Notes under the pieces: generated by a model
The model's input: the letters and a program-made list of their open reading frames with translations, nothing else
Database searches by the model: none
What the model was told of the DNA's origin: nothing
Shown: in pieces, positions 38,278-50,059 of the stretch
How the letters are laid out: every line of letters begins with the position of its first letter
How positions within the stretch are numbered: position 1 is the first letter of the stretch
From: Stegostoma tigrinum
Taxonomy: Eukaryota
Reading direction: 5' to 3'
DNA length: 64,000 nt
Assembly (NCBI RefSeq): GCF_030684315.1
Contig: NC_081362.1
Span: 97,649,323 to 97,713,322, forward strand
Made by a program: the position numbers and the translations under genes

Positions 38278-38519
38278 CTGGAACAGAAACAAGTCCAAAG
38301 ATCAGAACAGAAAGCAACATGGGCACTGTTTAATGGGATGGTCATGAGCAAGGTAGTTAAATGTGAGAATATTCTGTAACACTGTTACAGAGAGATACTT
38401 CAATCTCACTTCACTGTTTGACCAAATAAAGCCAGGAATGATGAGGATTTAAAGTGGACCATGAGCTGTAGAGTAATTGGCCAGGAGTATTAGCTGTGGA
38501 ACTGAAAAGAGACAAGGGG

Positions 38520-38765
38520 AGCCTGAGCTAACACAGTGTGGAGCTGGAGGAACACAGCAGGCCGGGCAGCATCAGAGCAGTAGGAAAGCTGACGCTTCAG
38601 GCCAGGACCCTTCTTCAGAAATAAGGGAGAATTTCTTTAGAGGGCTCCTGACCTGAAACGTCAGCTTTCCTGCACCCCCCGATGCTGCCCGGCCTGCTGT
38701 GTTCCTCCAGCTCCACACTGTGTTAGCTCAGGCTCCGACACTGGCAGCTCTTACTGTCTCTGAGA
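38520..38765. mobile_element. Palindromic Penelope-derived element
   Basis: Inverted arms gcctgagctaacacagtgtggagctgg... / ...ccagctccacactgtgttagctcaggc. Confidence 0.8.
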
Positions 38766-39361
38766 CAGTAAGAGGTAAACCATTGGAAATGTCAAAGATC
38801 AGGAGGAATCCAAGAGGTGCCTGTGGAGATGTCTCCCCTGACCGTGGGAGATCCTAGAACTGGGGGTCACTGTTTCAAACTCAGCGGCCACCCATCGAAA
38901 ACAGAGATTGGACAAAACCCTTCTTCCCAGAGCATGGTGAATCTTTGGAAATTGTCTCCTACAAAGTCGCTGAAGGCGGAGTCCATGAATATTTTCAAAG
39001 AGGAGGTAGAGAACTTCTTGTTCAGCGACCAGTGCCCGAGAACGTGCCCCCACCCGCTGTATCCTGTGACCACTATTCACACAGAAGGTTGGGACCCACA
39101 CTCAGTCACCGACACCACCCTCACTTACAGTAGCACCGTCAGGTCAAGTCACTAAAAAGTTCCCACTTTTAAACTCATTATAGACCCTTTGATGTTTTTA
39201 CAAAGTTATCCTCATCAGAGACTGTGTGAGGGGCTTAATGGGAGAGAAGGAATAAAATTAATGTGAATGTGTCTGAACCATGCGGTTCCATCTGCTTTAC
39301 CGAGTGCTCAATGCGCAGGGCCTGGAGTTTGGGAGCTACATTCACCGGAGAGGGTCATACC

Positions 39362-40590
39362 GGGGGGATCCAGTGTAACAGGGGGATCCATCAACAGGGA
39401 GATCCATTTCACAGGGGGATCCGTATAACAGGGTGATCCAGTATAAGAGGGGGATCCATACAACAGGGAATCCAGTATAACAGCTGGATCCAGTGTAACA
39501 GGGGGATCCATCAACAGGGGGATCCATCTCACAGGGGGATGCAGTACAACAGGGTGATCCAGTATAAGGGGGGATCCGTACAACATCCAGTACAACAGGG
39601 GGATCCATCAACAGGGGGATCCATCTCACAGGGGGATGCAGTACAACAGGGTGATCCAGTATAAGAGGGGGATCCATACAGCAGGGAATCCAGTATAACA
39701 GGGGATCCATCTCACAGGGGGCTCCATCAACAGGGGGACCCATCTCACAAGGTAATCCAGTACAACAGGGTGATCCATCTCTAAGTGGGATCCATCTAAT
39801 AGAGGGATCATAGAACATAGAACAATACAGCGCAGAACAGGCCCTTCGGCCCTCGATGTTGCGCCGACCAGTGAACTAATCTAAGCCCCTCCCACTACAC
39901 TATCCCATCATTATCCATATGTTTATCCAAGGACTGTTTAAAAGCCCCTAATGTGGCTGTGTTAACTACAGTGGCAGGCAGGGCGTTCCACGTCCTTACC
40001 ACTCTCTGAGTAAAGAACCTGCCTCTGACATCTGTCTTAAATCTATCACCCCTCAATTTGTAGCTATGCCCCCTTGTACAAGCTGAAGTCATCATCCTCG
40101 GAGAAGGACTCTCACCGTCCACCCTATCTAATCCTCTGATCATCTTGTATGTCTACAACAGGGGGATCCATCTCACGGGGGATCCATATAACAGGAGATC
40201 CATCTCACAGGAGGATCCACCTAACAGGGGATCCATCTCACAGGGGGATCCAGTATAACGGGGATCCATCTCACATGAGATCCAGTATAACAGAGTGATC
40301 CATCTCACAGGGGGATCCATCTAACAGGGGATCCATCTCACATGGGGATCCAGTACAACGAGGGATCCATGTCACATGGGATCCAGTATAACAGGGTGAT
40401 CCAAGTCACAGGGTGGTTCAGAATAACAGGGGGATCCATCTAACAAGGGGATCCATCTAACAGGGGATCCAGTATAACAGGGTGATGAATATAACAGGGG
40501 GATCCAGTATAACAGGGGGATCCATTTAACATAGGGATCCAGTATAACAGGGGGATCCATCTAAGGGGGAATCCAGTATAACAGGGGATC
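39362..40590 (+). repeat. GGATCC-rich minisatellite (~17-19 bp units) interrupted by a CR1 3' end (~39808-40153, minus)
   Basis: cagggggatccatctca / cagggggatccagtataa units; catagaacatagaac tail of the insert. Confidence 0.93.
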
Positions 40591-41011
40591 CAAATAGCAG
40601 GAGGATTGAGTCGAAGGTTTAAACAGATATTGACCAACAGAAGGGGAACAGGTGACACTATGTGGAGGTCGGTTGTGGGTTCATTTTACTCTGGTTTTTG
40701 GAGATGTGGATCATATCAGGTTCCACTGGGTGTGATTGTTCTTATTGGTTAAGAGCTTTCATAGCAAATGCTGCAGACCAGGGCTGGAGACAGTGTGTGA
40801 AGTGCTTCTGACCTGTGTTTGACCCCACAGATTGTACACACCATGAGAAATGGATCGTGAGGCAAATAGTTTGAGATTGGGAAAAGGAAATTCAACAGAG
40901 ACAGGTGGGCAAAGGCAGTGAGAGTGGGAGAATGTTTCCTGTAGAAGGTCCCAGTGTCGGTCCAGGCTGGAGAAATGGAGCAGGAAAAGCTGTGGGATAA
41001 TCCTTGGGGTT

Positions 41012-44000
41012 AGAGATAATGGGAACTGCAGATGCTGGAGAATCCAAGATAACAAAGTGTGGGGCTGGATGAACACAGCAGGCCCAGCAGCATCTCAGGA
41101 GCACAAAAGCTGACGTTTCAGGCCTAGATCCTTCAGAGAGGGGGATGGGGAGACGGTTCTGGAATAAATAGGGATGGAGGGGGAGGCAGACCGAAGATGG
41201 AGAGAAAAGAAGATAGGTGGAGAGGAGAGTGTAGGTGGGGAGGTAGGGAGGGGATAGGTCAGTCCGGGGAGGACGGACAGGTCAAGGAGGCGGGATGACG
41301 TTGGTAGGTGGGAAATGGAGGTGGGCCTTGAGGTGGGGGGAGGGGATGGGTGAGAGGAAGAACAGGTCAGGGAGGCGGGGACGATCTGGGCTGGTTTTAG
41401 GATACAGTGGGGGGAGGGTACGAGCTGGTCTGGTTTTGGGATGCAGTTGGGGAGGGGAGATTTTGAAGCTTGTGAAATCCAAATTGATACCACGGGGCTG
41501 CAGGGTTCCCAAGCGGAATATGAGTTGCTGTTCCTGCACCCTTCGGGTGGCATCATTGTGGCACTGCAGGAGGCCCAGGATGGACATGTCGTCTAGAGAA
41601 TGGGAGGGGGAGTGGAAATGGTTCGAAACTGGGAGGTGCAGTTGTTTATTGCGAACTGAGCGGAGGTGTTCTGCAAAGCGGTCCCCAAGCCTCCGCTTGG
41701 TTTCCCCAATGTAGAGGAAGTCACACAAGGTACAGCGGATACAGTATACTACATTGGCAGATGTGCAGGTGAACATCTGCTTTTTATGGAAAGTCATCTT
41801 GGGGCCTGGGATGGGGGTGAGGGAGGAGGTGTAGGGGCAAGTGTAGCACTTCCTGCGGTTGCAGGGGAAGGTGCCGGGTATGGTGGGGTTGGAGGGGAGT
41901 GTGGAGCGGACAAGGGAGTCATGGAGAGAGTGGTCTCTCCAGAAGGCAGACAAGGGTGGCGATGGAAAAATGGCTTGGGTGGTGGGTCAGATTGTAGATG
42001 GCAGAAGTGTCGGAGGATGATGCGTTGTATCCAGAGGTTGGTGGGGTGGTGTGTGTGAACAAGGGGGATCCTCTGGGGGCGGTTGTGGCGGGGGCAGGGT
42101 GTGAGGGATGTGTTGCGGGAAACGCGGGAGACACGGTCAAGGGCGTTCTCAACCACTGTTGCGGGCTGTTGCGGTCCTTGAAGAACTTGGACATCCGTGA
42201 TGTGCAGGAGTGGAATGCCTCATCGTGGGAGCAGATGCGGCAGAGGCGGAGGAATTGGGAATAGGGGATGGAATTTTTGCAGGAGGGTGGGTGGGAGGAG
42301 GTGTATTCTAGGTAGCTGTGGGAGTCAGTGGCTTGAACCTCTCCAACCCCAACCTCACCATCAAAACCGGAGACAAAGGTGCCGCGGTGGTAGTATGGCA
42401 CACTGACCTCTACATTGCCGAGGCCAAACGCCAACTCTCTGACACCTACTCCTACCGCCCCCTTGATCATGAACCCACCCCCGAGCACCAAACCATCATC
42501 TCCAACACCATCCATGACCTCATCACCTCAGGGGACCTCCCACCCACAGCCTCCAACCTCATTGTTCCCCAACCCCACATGGCCCGTTTCTATCTCCATC
42601 CCAAAATCCACAAACCTGCCTGCGCTGGCCAACCCATCGTCCTAGCCTGTTCCTGCCCCATCGAACTCATCTACACCTATCTGGACTCCATTTTCTCCCC
42701 TTTGGTCCAGGAACTCCCCACCTACGTCCGTGACACCATCCACGCCCTCCACCTCCTCCAAGACTTCCAGTTCCCCGGCCCCCAACACCTCATTTTCACC
42801 ATGGACGTCCAGTCCCTATACAACTGTATTCCTCATGCAGATGGCCTCAAGGCCCTCCACTTCTTCCTGTCCCGCAGGCCCGACCAATCCCCCTCCACCG
42901 ACACCCTCATCCGCCTAGCCGAGCTCGTCCTCACCCTCAACAACTTCTCTTTCTATTCCTCCCACTTCCTCCAGACAAAGGGGGTCGCCATGGGTACCCG
43001 CATGAGCCCAAGCTATGCCTGCCTCTTTGTAGGTTACGTGGAACAGTCCCTCTTCCGTACCTACACAGGCCCCAAACCCCATCTCTTCCTCCGTTACATT
43101 GATGGCTGTATTGGCGCCGCCTCCTGCTCCCCAGAGAAGCTCGAACAGTTCATCCACTTTACCAAAACCTTCCACCCCAACCGCAAGTTCACCTGGGCCA
43201 TCTCCAACACATCTCTCACCTTCCTGGACCTCTCAGTCTCCATCTCAGGTAGCCAGTTGGAAACTGATGTCCATTTCAAGCCCACTGACTCCCACAGCTA
43301 CCTAGAATACACCTCCTCCCACCCACCCTCCTGCAAAAATTCCATCCCCTATTCCCAATTCCTCTGCCTATGCCGCATCTGCGCCCAGGATGAGGCATTC
43401 CACTCCCACACATCCCAGATGTCCGCGTTCTTCAAGGACCGCAACTTTCCACCCGCAGTGGTCGAGAACGCTCTTGACCGCATCTCCCACATTTCCCGCA
43501 ACTCATCCCTCACACCCCACCCCCGCTACAACTGCCCCCAGACGATCCCCCTCGTTCTCACATACCACCCCACCAACCTCCGGATACAATGTATCATCCT
43601 CTGACACTTCCGCCATCTACAATCCGACCCCATCACCCAAGCTATTTTTCCATCCCCACCCTTGTCTGCTTTCCGGAGAGACCACTCTCTCTGCGACTCC
43701 CTTGTCCGCTCCACACTCCTCTCCAACCCCACCACACCCGGCACCTTCCCCTGCAACCGCAGGAAATGCTACACTTGCCCCCACACCACCTCCCTCACCC
43801 CCATCCCAGGCCCCAAGATGACTTTCCACATTGGCAGATGTGCAGGTGAACCTCTGCTTAATGTGGTATACTGTATCCATTGTACCTGGTGTGACTTCCT
43901 CTACATTGGGGAAACCAAGCGGAGGCTTGGGGACCGCTTTGCAGAACACCTCCGCTCGGTTCGCAACAAACAACTGCACCTCCCAGTCGCAAACCATTTC

Positions 44001-44608
44001 CACTCCCCCTCCCATTCTCTTGATGACATGTCCATCATGGGCCTCCTGCAGTGCCACAATGATGCCACCCGAAGGTTGAAAGAACAGCAACTCATATTCC
44101 ACTTGGGAACCCTGCAGCCCAATGGTATCAATGTGGACTTCACCAGCTTCAAAATCTTCCCTTCCCCCAACTGCATCCCAAAACCAGCCCAGTTCTTCCC
44201 CTCCCCCCACTGCATCACACAACCAGCCCAGCTCGTACCCTCCCCCCACTGCATCCGAAAACCAGCCCAGCCTGTCTCTGCCTCCCTAACCTGTTCTTCC
44301 TCTCACCCATCCCTTCCTCCCACCTCAAGCCGCACCTCCATTTCCTACCTACCGCCTCATCCCGCCTCCTTGACCTGTCCATCTTCCCTACTGACCTATC
44401 CCCTCCCTACCTCCTCACCTATATCTCCTCTCCACCTATCTAGTTTTCTCTCCATCTTCGGTCCGCCTCCCCCTCTCTCCCTATTTATTCCAGAACCCTC
44501 GCCCCATCCCCCTCTCTAATGAGGGGTCTAGGCCCGAAATGTCAGCTTTTGTGCTCCTGAGATGCTGCTTGGCCTGCTGTGTTCATCCAGCCCCACACTT
44601 TGTTATCT
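41012..44608. mobile_element. Penelope element with an inverted partial copy (minus 41012-42335; plus 42336-44608)
   Basis: Head-to-head junction near 42335, with family tails at both outer ends. Confidence 0.94.
42336..44160 (+). pseudogene. Penelope RT + GIY-YIG ORF, 5' truncated, in-frame TGA at 43602-43604
   Basis: DKG, MDVQSLY, GVAMGT, RYIDG (YIDD altered), FLD, LYIGETK. Confidence 0.9.
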
Positions 44609-44699
44609 ATGACACCAACAGAGATCTTCATGGAAATCTATACACACAGGATCTGTACAGCTGGAGAATTCTGGCTCAAACCTATGGATATGTCCCATG

Positions 44700-46460
44700 A
44701 TTTAATCATACAAGAGCATATTGCTGAACACACAGATGAATTTGCAAAGCATAAGCTTAACTGCGATCGAATATCAGGGAAAGTAACAGTCAAAGGCTCT
44801 GATCCAAAACCTCAAAAGCAGAACAGTTTCCTGAAACAAGCTGAACAAGAAGCAGCAAAGAGAATGACAAGTCTGCTCCAAAATGGAATTTTATCACCTG
44901 TATCTTCAATAAATAATTCCCCCGTTTGGCCAGTTCAAAAAGCACACAGTTTGTGGAGGCTGACGACTGATTAGAGCGAGTTAAATAAAGGATTGTGTTC
45001 ACAGTACCAACAGCAGCAGCTGTGCTGAGGATAATGATGAAATGAGCTCCACAGATAAAATATTTTACTGGTTTTGAGATCTGTAATGGGTTTGGTCTAA
45101 TCATTTACATCAGCACTGTCAATATACATTTGTTTTTATTCTTCAAGGAAATTACATGGACTTCTTCCCTCAAGCTTTCCACAATTCTCCGTCCATCGTC
45201 CAGCGAAGAATAGCTAAATGATTAGAAACTTCCTCATGATCTGATTGGTTAAACCAGTCTGTCAATAATCTTCCTGTCCAGAGTGAAACTAGAGAGGAAC
45301 ATCTCCAATTCGTGGATGAACTATTAACCCTCCTCACTTTGTTAGGAATTAAAATAAATCCTAAAAAAAAGGCAGGTTATGAAATCTCAGGTGGTAACCC
45401 ACAGGAAACATCAAACCGAAAAGAAATCCATTGAATCCATTGTGCAGTTGGCCTTCCCTAAAGATGTGAAGTCAGTTTAATTTGCTCTGGGATTAGTGGG
45501 TGACCGGAGAAATCATATTGATGGGATTGATTCGGATCACCTGCATTGTCAGATGGATTGAAAAAGGAGGTTCCAAGGCAGTGGACTGAACAGCAAACCC
45601 AGGCTGTTTCAGAATTAAAACAGGCTTTAGCTCTCACACCAACACTGAAGGAGACTGAGACCAGCAGTTCATGCTTCCAGCCTTTTAACTCTAACAGTGC
45701 CAGGATTTACAAAGTGTGAAAGGCATTTCCTTGCAATGTTTTGGGCAGTGAAGTATTTTTCTTCCATAATTGGGCCTAATCCTTTGACTTTCCTTCCAAA
45801 TCGTTCTCTTATTCAGTTGCTGTTAGATGGACACGTTGAAGGTGGGACAGTTTGTCAAATTGTATTGCACTTTGGAATTTAATTTGCCAAGGTCGAAATA
45901 TCACAGTTATATGCAGCAAATTGCCAACTTCCTTCACTGGCAATTTTATTTACATGGGTGATAGACATGAGGCCAATTTATAGCAACAAGTGACCCCTAG
46001 ATGCCAATTGTTCCCGGGGGAAATGTGGGAAGGTCCCAATAAATCGAATAGATCAGAACACATATCTGACCCACATGGACAGAGGAAAGTCACACAAAAA
46101 GCTTTAGGATTTTCTTTTGCTGATGGATCCTCTATGTGGGGTTGGTATGAGAAAGGCAGGCGATGGCACAAGGGCAGAGGATCATTGAGATGCACCTCGT
46201 GTTGACTTAGCTGTTAAAATACTGAGTGCTCAAGCAGCACAGATATTTCCATTCATTTTACTGACATTTATCCTGCACCTGTGGGAGGTGAGAGGTTTTA
46301 TTTCAGCAGATAGAATACCTCTACTGCCTGTACCCTTGCTGAAGTATATTTTCCAAACAGTCCAAGCAAGGGAGAGAGAATGGGATCATTAAGGTTAAGC
46401 CACATCATAGATCCTCTCCAATTGGGAATTCTTAAGCAGATAAATCGGCACATCCGGGGT
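44700..46460 (+). mobile_element. Decayed retrovirus-like pol (RT, tether/RNase H, second RNase H)
   Basis: NSPVWPVQK..WRLTTD, LPQAFHNSP, CERHFLAMFWAV, DGSS, SAQAA, LWEVRGFISAD, KVKPH...GN..AD; many stops and frameshifts. Confidence 0.82.
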
Positions 46461-47254
46461 TTGAGAGGGAACACCAATGCAACCCCCAGTGGGTGAGATG
46501 ATAGATGCTGTTCCCATTAGTCAGGTTAAAGTGGAATATCTCAAACGAGCGCAATGTCGCGATGATGATTTCAAACAGTCTTAACAAGGGACAGTATGTG
46601 GTGCTAACCCAAGATCACAATCATGTCATCACTCAATGTCACAATGTTCAGGGGCATCAGGGAGCAGAAACATCTGCTCATTGAATCAAAGCACCACATT
46701 GTACATTTTCTGTGATTTCTGGGGACAATTGTTTAATATGTTTAACATTCAAAATAACCCCGATAGGTACAGGTCCACAAAGAAAGGGGAATGGATATAC
46801 AACAGGAAATTATCGCTGTTAGTCATGAGAAAGCTATAATGCAATCGTAGCACTAATGTTAGCAACTATTCAAATGCGAGACAAGGAAATACAGCAAGGT
46901 TTAGTTTAGGGTTAAGGTGAATTGTGTACAGTATGAGATGGAACACAGATTATGCTTTGAGCTCATCAGCCAGGTACATTTCTGTCTCCTCGATATTGTG
47001 CGCCCCATTCTATTGTAAATAAAGTTAAGTCCTTCAGTGTATAAAGTGTAACTGGATTCTGGGTAAACTGGATGGTTTCATATAAACCGAATGAAGGCAG
47101 GTGGTATTCAGAGTAATCATCAGTATTGTGTCTGACCCCCACGTTCGTACTTTTAGTCACACTGTGAAGCTTCTTTTTCTGTTCTTTGACACTGTCTTCA
47201 CACAGAGATTGTGCATCAGATAATTCCATGGCTGGTCAGTCAGAGAGTTCATCT

Positions 47255-47612
47255 GATAAATGAGGTGTACAAAGTGATCAGAGGTATAGATAGAGTAGAC
47301 AGCCAGAGACTTTTTCCTACGGGGGAGGTAGCTATTACAAGGGGACGTAGTTTTAAAGTGAGCGGAGGTAGATATCGGGAAGATGTCAGAAGTAGGTTCT
47401 TTAGTGGTAGGGGCATGAAATGCCTTGTGGGAGAGGGTAGTGGGGTCAGCTTCTTTAGGGGCATTTAAATGGCTGTTAGATAGGCATATGGATGATAGTA
47501 TAAGGTAGGGGTGGAGGTTAGATAGACCTTAGGATTAGGGTAAAAGTTTGGCACAACATGGTGAGCCAAAAGACCTGTACTGTGCTGCACTGTTCTATGC
47601 TCTATGTTCTAT
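47255..47612 (+). mobile_element. CR1 3' end fragment
   Basis: [19 protein letters not shown] motif and a ctatgttctatg tail. Confidence 0.82.
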
Positions 47613-48169
47613 GATACTTTGTTAAATCGGTCACAGGGGTCCAGGGAAGTATTTTGGTTATGAGGTGGTCAAAGCCATTTACTTAGAATCACAGGAGTGA
47701 AAATGAGAACAAGTGATGAGCAGATTGGTGTTCAGGCTCTCAGAGATGGACAGTTGGTAAAGAATGAGGAGGATCTCGTTAGAAGCTGACAGAATTCTAA
47801 CGGACTAGGCACAGTAGATGCAGGAAAAATGTTCCTGATGTTGGGGAATCCAGAACTGGTGATTATAGTTGAAGGATAAGGGGTAAACCTTTTAGGATGG
47901 AGCTGAAGTGAAACATCTGCACCCAAAGAGTGAGGAGACTGTGGAATTCAGTCCTGCAGCAAATGGTTAAGGCTTTCAAAGAGGTAGATAATGCTGTTAT
48001 GGCTAAAGGGATCAAGAGATGTGCGGGGGAAAGTGGGACGAAGGTATTGAGTTCGATAATTGGCTATGATCATACTGAATGGTGTAGTAGTGTCGAGGGG
48101 CTGAATGGCCTACTCCTGCTCCTATCTTTTCTGTTTCTATGTTTCCATGTAAGTAGCCTAACATGTCAT

Positions 48170-49090
48170 CTTCTCTACAGGGATCGGTGCTGGGCCCACT
48201 GCTGTTTCTCATTGATGTAAATGATTTGGATGAGAATGTGGGAGGCACGGTGAGTAAGTTTGTGAATGACACCGAAATTGGTGACATTGTGGACAGTGAA
48301 GAAGGTTTTCTAAGATTACAGTGGGATCTTCATCAGTTGGGTCAATGGGCTGAATAGCAGTAAATGGGGTTTAATTTGGATAAATGCAAAGTATTGCATT
48401 TTGCTAAAACAAACAAGGGCAGGATTTATACAATCACAAATAGGGCCCTGGGCTGTGTTGTAGAACAGAGAGACCTAGGGGTTCAGGTACATAATTCTTT
48501 GAAATTTGTGTCACAGGTAGACAGGGGGGTTACGTAGGTGTTTGGCACGCTTGCCTTCAGTGCTCAGACCATTGAGTACAGGAGTTGGGATCTCATCTGG
48601 AGGTTGTACAGGACATTAGTGCAGCCACTTTTGAAGTAACGTGTACAGTTCTGGTCTCCCTGCTACAGGAATGATATTATGAAATTGGAGAGGGTTGAGA
48701 AAAGATTTAGCAGGATGTTGTCAAGATCAGAGGGTTTGGGTTATGAGAGGCTGGGAAATTTTTCACTAGCACGTAGGAGATTGAGGGGTAAACTTGGGAA
48801 AGGTTTGTGCAATCATGGGGTGCATAGATATGGTGAATAGCAAAGGGCTTTTCTCTAGGGTGTGGGAGTTCAAAACTAGGGGAGGCATGTTTTTAAGGTG
48901 AGCGGCGAAAGATTTAAAAGGGACATGAGGGGAACCTGTTTCACACAGAGAGTGATTCATACGTGGAATGATCTGCCAGAGGAAATGGTCGATGCAGGTG
49001 CAGCTGGGCAAGTGGGACTGGTTTAGTTTGTACAAGTTGGTTAGTGTGAACGAGCTGAACCAGGTCGGTTCCCGTGCTGTATGGCTCTAT
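48170..49090 (+). mobile_element. Degenerate CR1 RT/3' fragment
   Basis: QGSVLGPLLF..NDLDENV..SKF motif. Confidence 0.83.
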
Positions 49091-49133
49091 GGCTCAGGCC
49101 GACAGTGCATCCCATCTGGTCAAGGGAACTTAC

Positions 49134-49171
49134 GAGCGTTTAGCCCCATTAGTTTACTTCGAATCTTTTCT
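49134..49171 (-). CDS. Candidate alternative stop exon after the distal V (EKRFEVN*)
   Basis: Acceptor ctattctcag| and donor CTC|gtaagt; 38 nt. Phase-1 reading gives 7 aa then TAA at 49151-49149. Confidence 0.4.
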
Positions 49172-49324
49172 CTGAGAATAGCAGGTGCCTATGTTTGCTC
49201 TTCTCCTACAACCCTTGATTATTTAGTAATTTTGGAATGCTTTTCATAACTTCTGGTGTGAGGATGGATGCAGGTTATTTGATTGCTATCGCCTCTTTCC
49301 CCAGCTTCATTCCTAAAGTGGCCT

Positions 49325-49541
49325 ATATCTCATAGATTCCCAGTGCAGTCAGGGTAAGTACTCCAGTGATATCTCATAGATTCCCAGGGCAGTCAGGGTA
49401 AGTACTCCAGTGATATCTCATAGATTCCCAGGGCAGTCAGGGTAAATACTCCAGTGATATCTCATAGATTCCCAGGGCAGTCAGGGTAAATACTCCAGTG
49501 ATATCTCATAGATTCCCAGGGCAGTCAGGGTAAATACTCCA
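49325..49541 (+). repeat. 44-bp tandem repeat (~5 copies) just 3' of the distal V exon
   Basis: Units start at 49325, 49369, 49413, 49457 and 49501. Confidence 0.95.
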
Positions 49542-49603
49542 CGAGCGCTCAGCAGTACAACTCCAGCACAGTGAATGTAAAATGTGATATAAAAACCCTT
49601 TAC

Positions 49604-49945
49604 CTTGTACAGATACCGTGACAGTGTTTACGCTGTTGAGCGTGTTCTTTCCAACAATGTCACAGTGATAACGTCCACTGTTGCTGGCCTCCATGTCTCT
49701 GATGGTGAGGATGTAGCTGTTGTGTCTGAGATCTCTGTAAGATTGTACTTTCTCATTTTCGGTGTGATCTCGGGTAACCCCATCAGATTGGGAATGTGTC
49801 AGGATCTCACCGTGGTTACTATTCCACGTTACACCAAGATGTTGCACACTGCCGTGCACAATTGCACACTGTATCTGCACTGAGCTGCCCACTGCGACCC
49901 TCACTGGATCCGGACTGAGTATAACCTGTGGATTTGTCATCATTC
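49604..49945 (-). CDS. IgSF V-set domain exon (membrane-distal V, no FGxG motif)
   Basis: Acceptor ttcctcag|GA and donor CAAG|gtaaag; 342 nt, phase 1-1. B-strand Cys (VQIQC), C-strand Trp (GVTW), YILTI..ME.SNSGRYHC; the G strand reads TLNSVNTVTVSV. Confidence 0.88.
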
Positions 49946-50059
49946 CTGAGGAATTCAACAGGAGAAGAAAGCAGGGAAAGCAACTAATCACCTGACAGGA
50001 ATTTCTGAGAGTGTTTCATCAAACCTTTTATCTCTCTGTGAGGCTGACAACCAAACAGC

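Noticed and set aside
38410-38501. Separate leader exon ~130 nt upstream of the VJ exon (ATG at 38462, MVHFKSSSFLALFGQTV)
   Set aside because: Good acceptor and GTGAGA donor, but the donor is phase 2 against a phase-1 acceptor and the peptide is weakly hydrophobic. It could still be a non-coding or damaged exon.
49661-49667. Heptamer CACAGTG at the V-domain F-strand Cys
   Set aside because: Explained by the His-Cys-Asp codons; no nonamer at 12 or 23 nt.
37939-49945. Rearranging Ig/TCR locus (e.g. NAR-TCR-like double V)
   Set aside because: Both V exons are complete and end in splice donors; no canonical 12/23 RSS, D, J or C1 exon found; the tail carries ITIM-like motifs.
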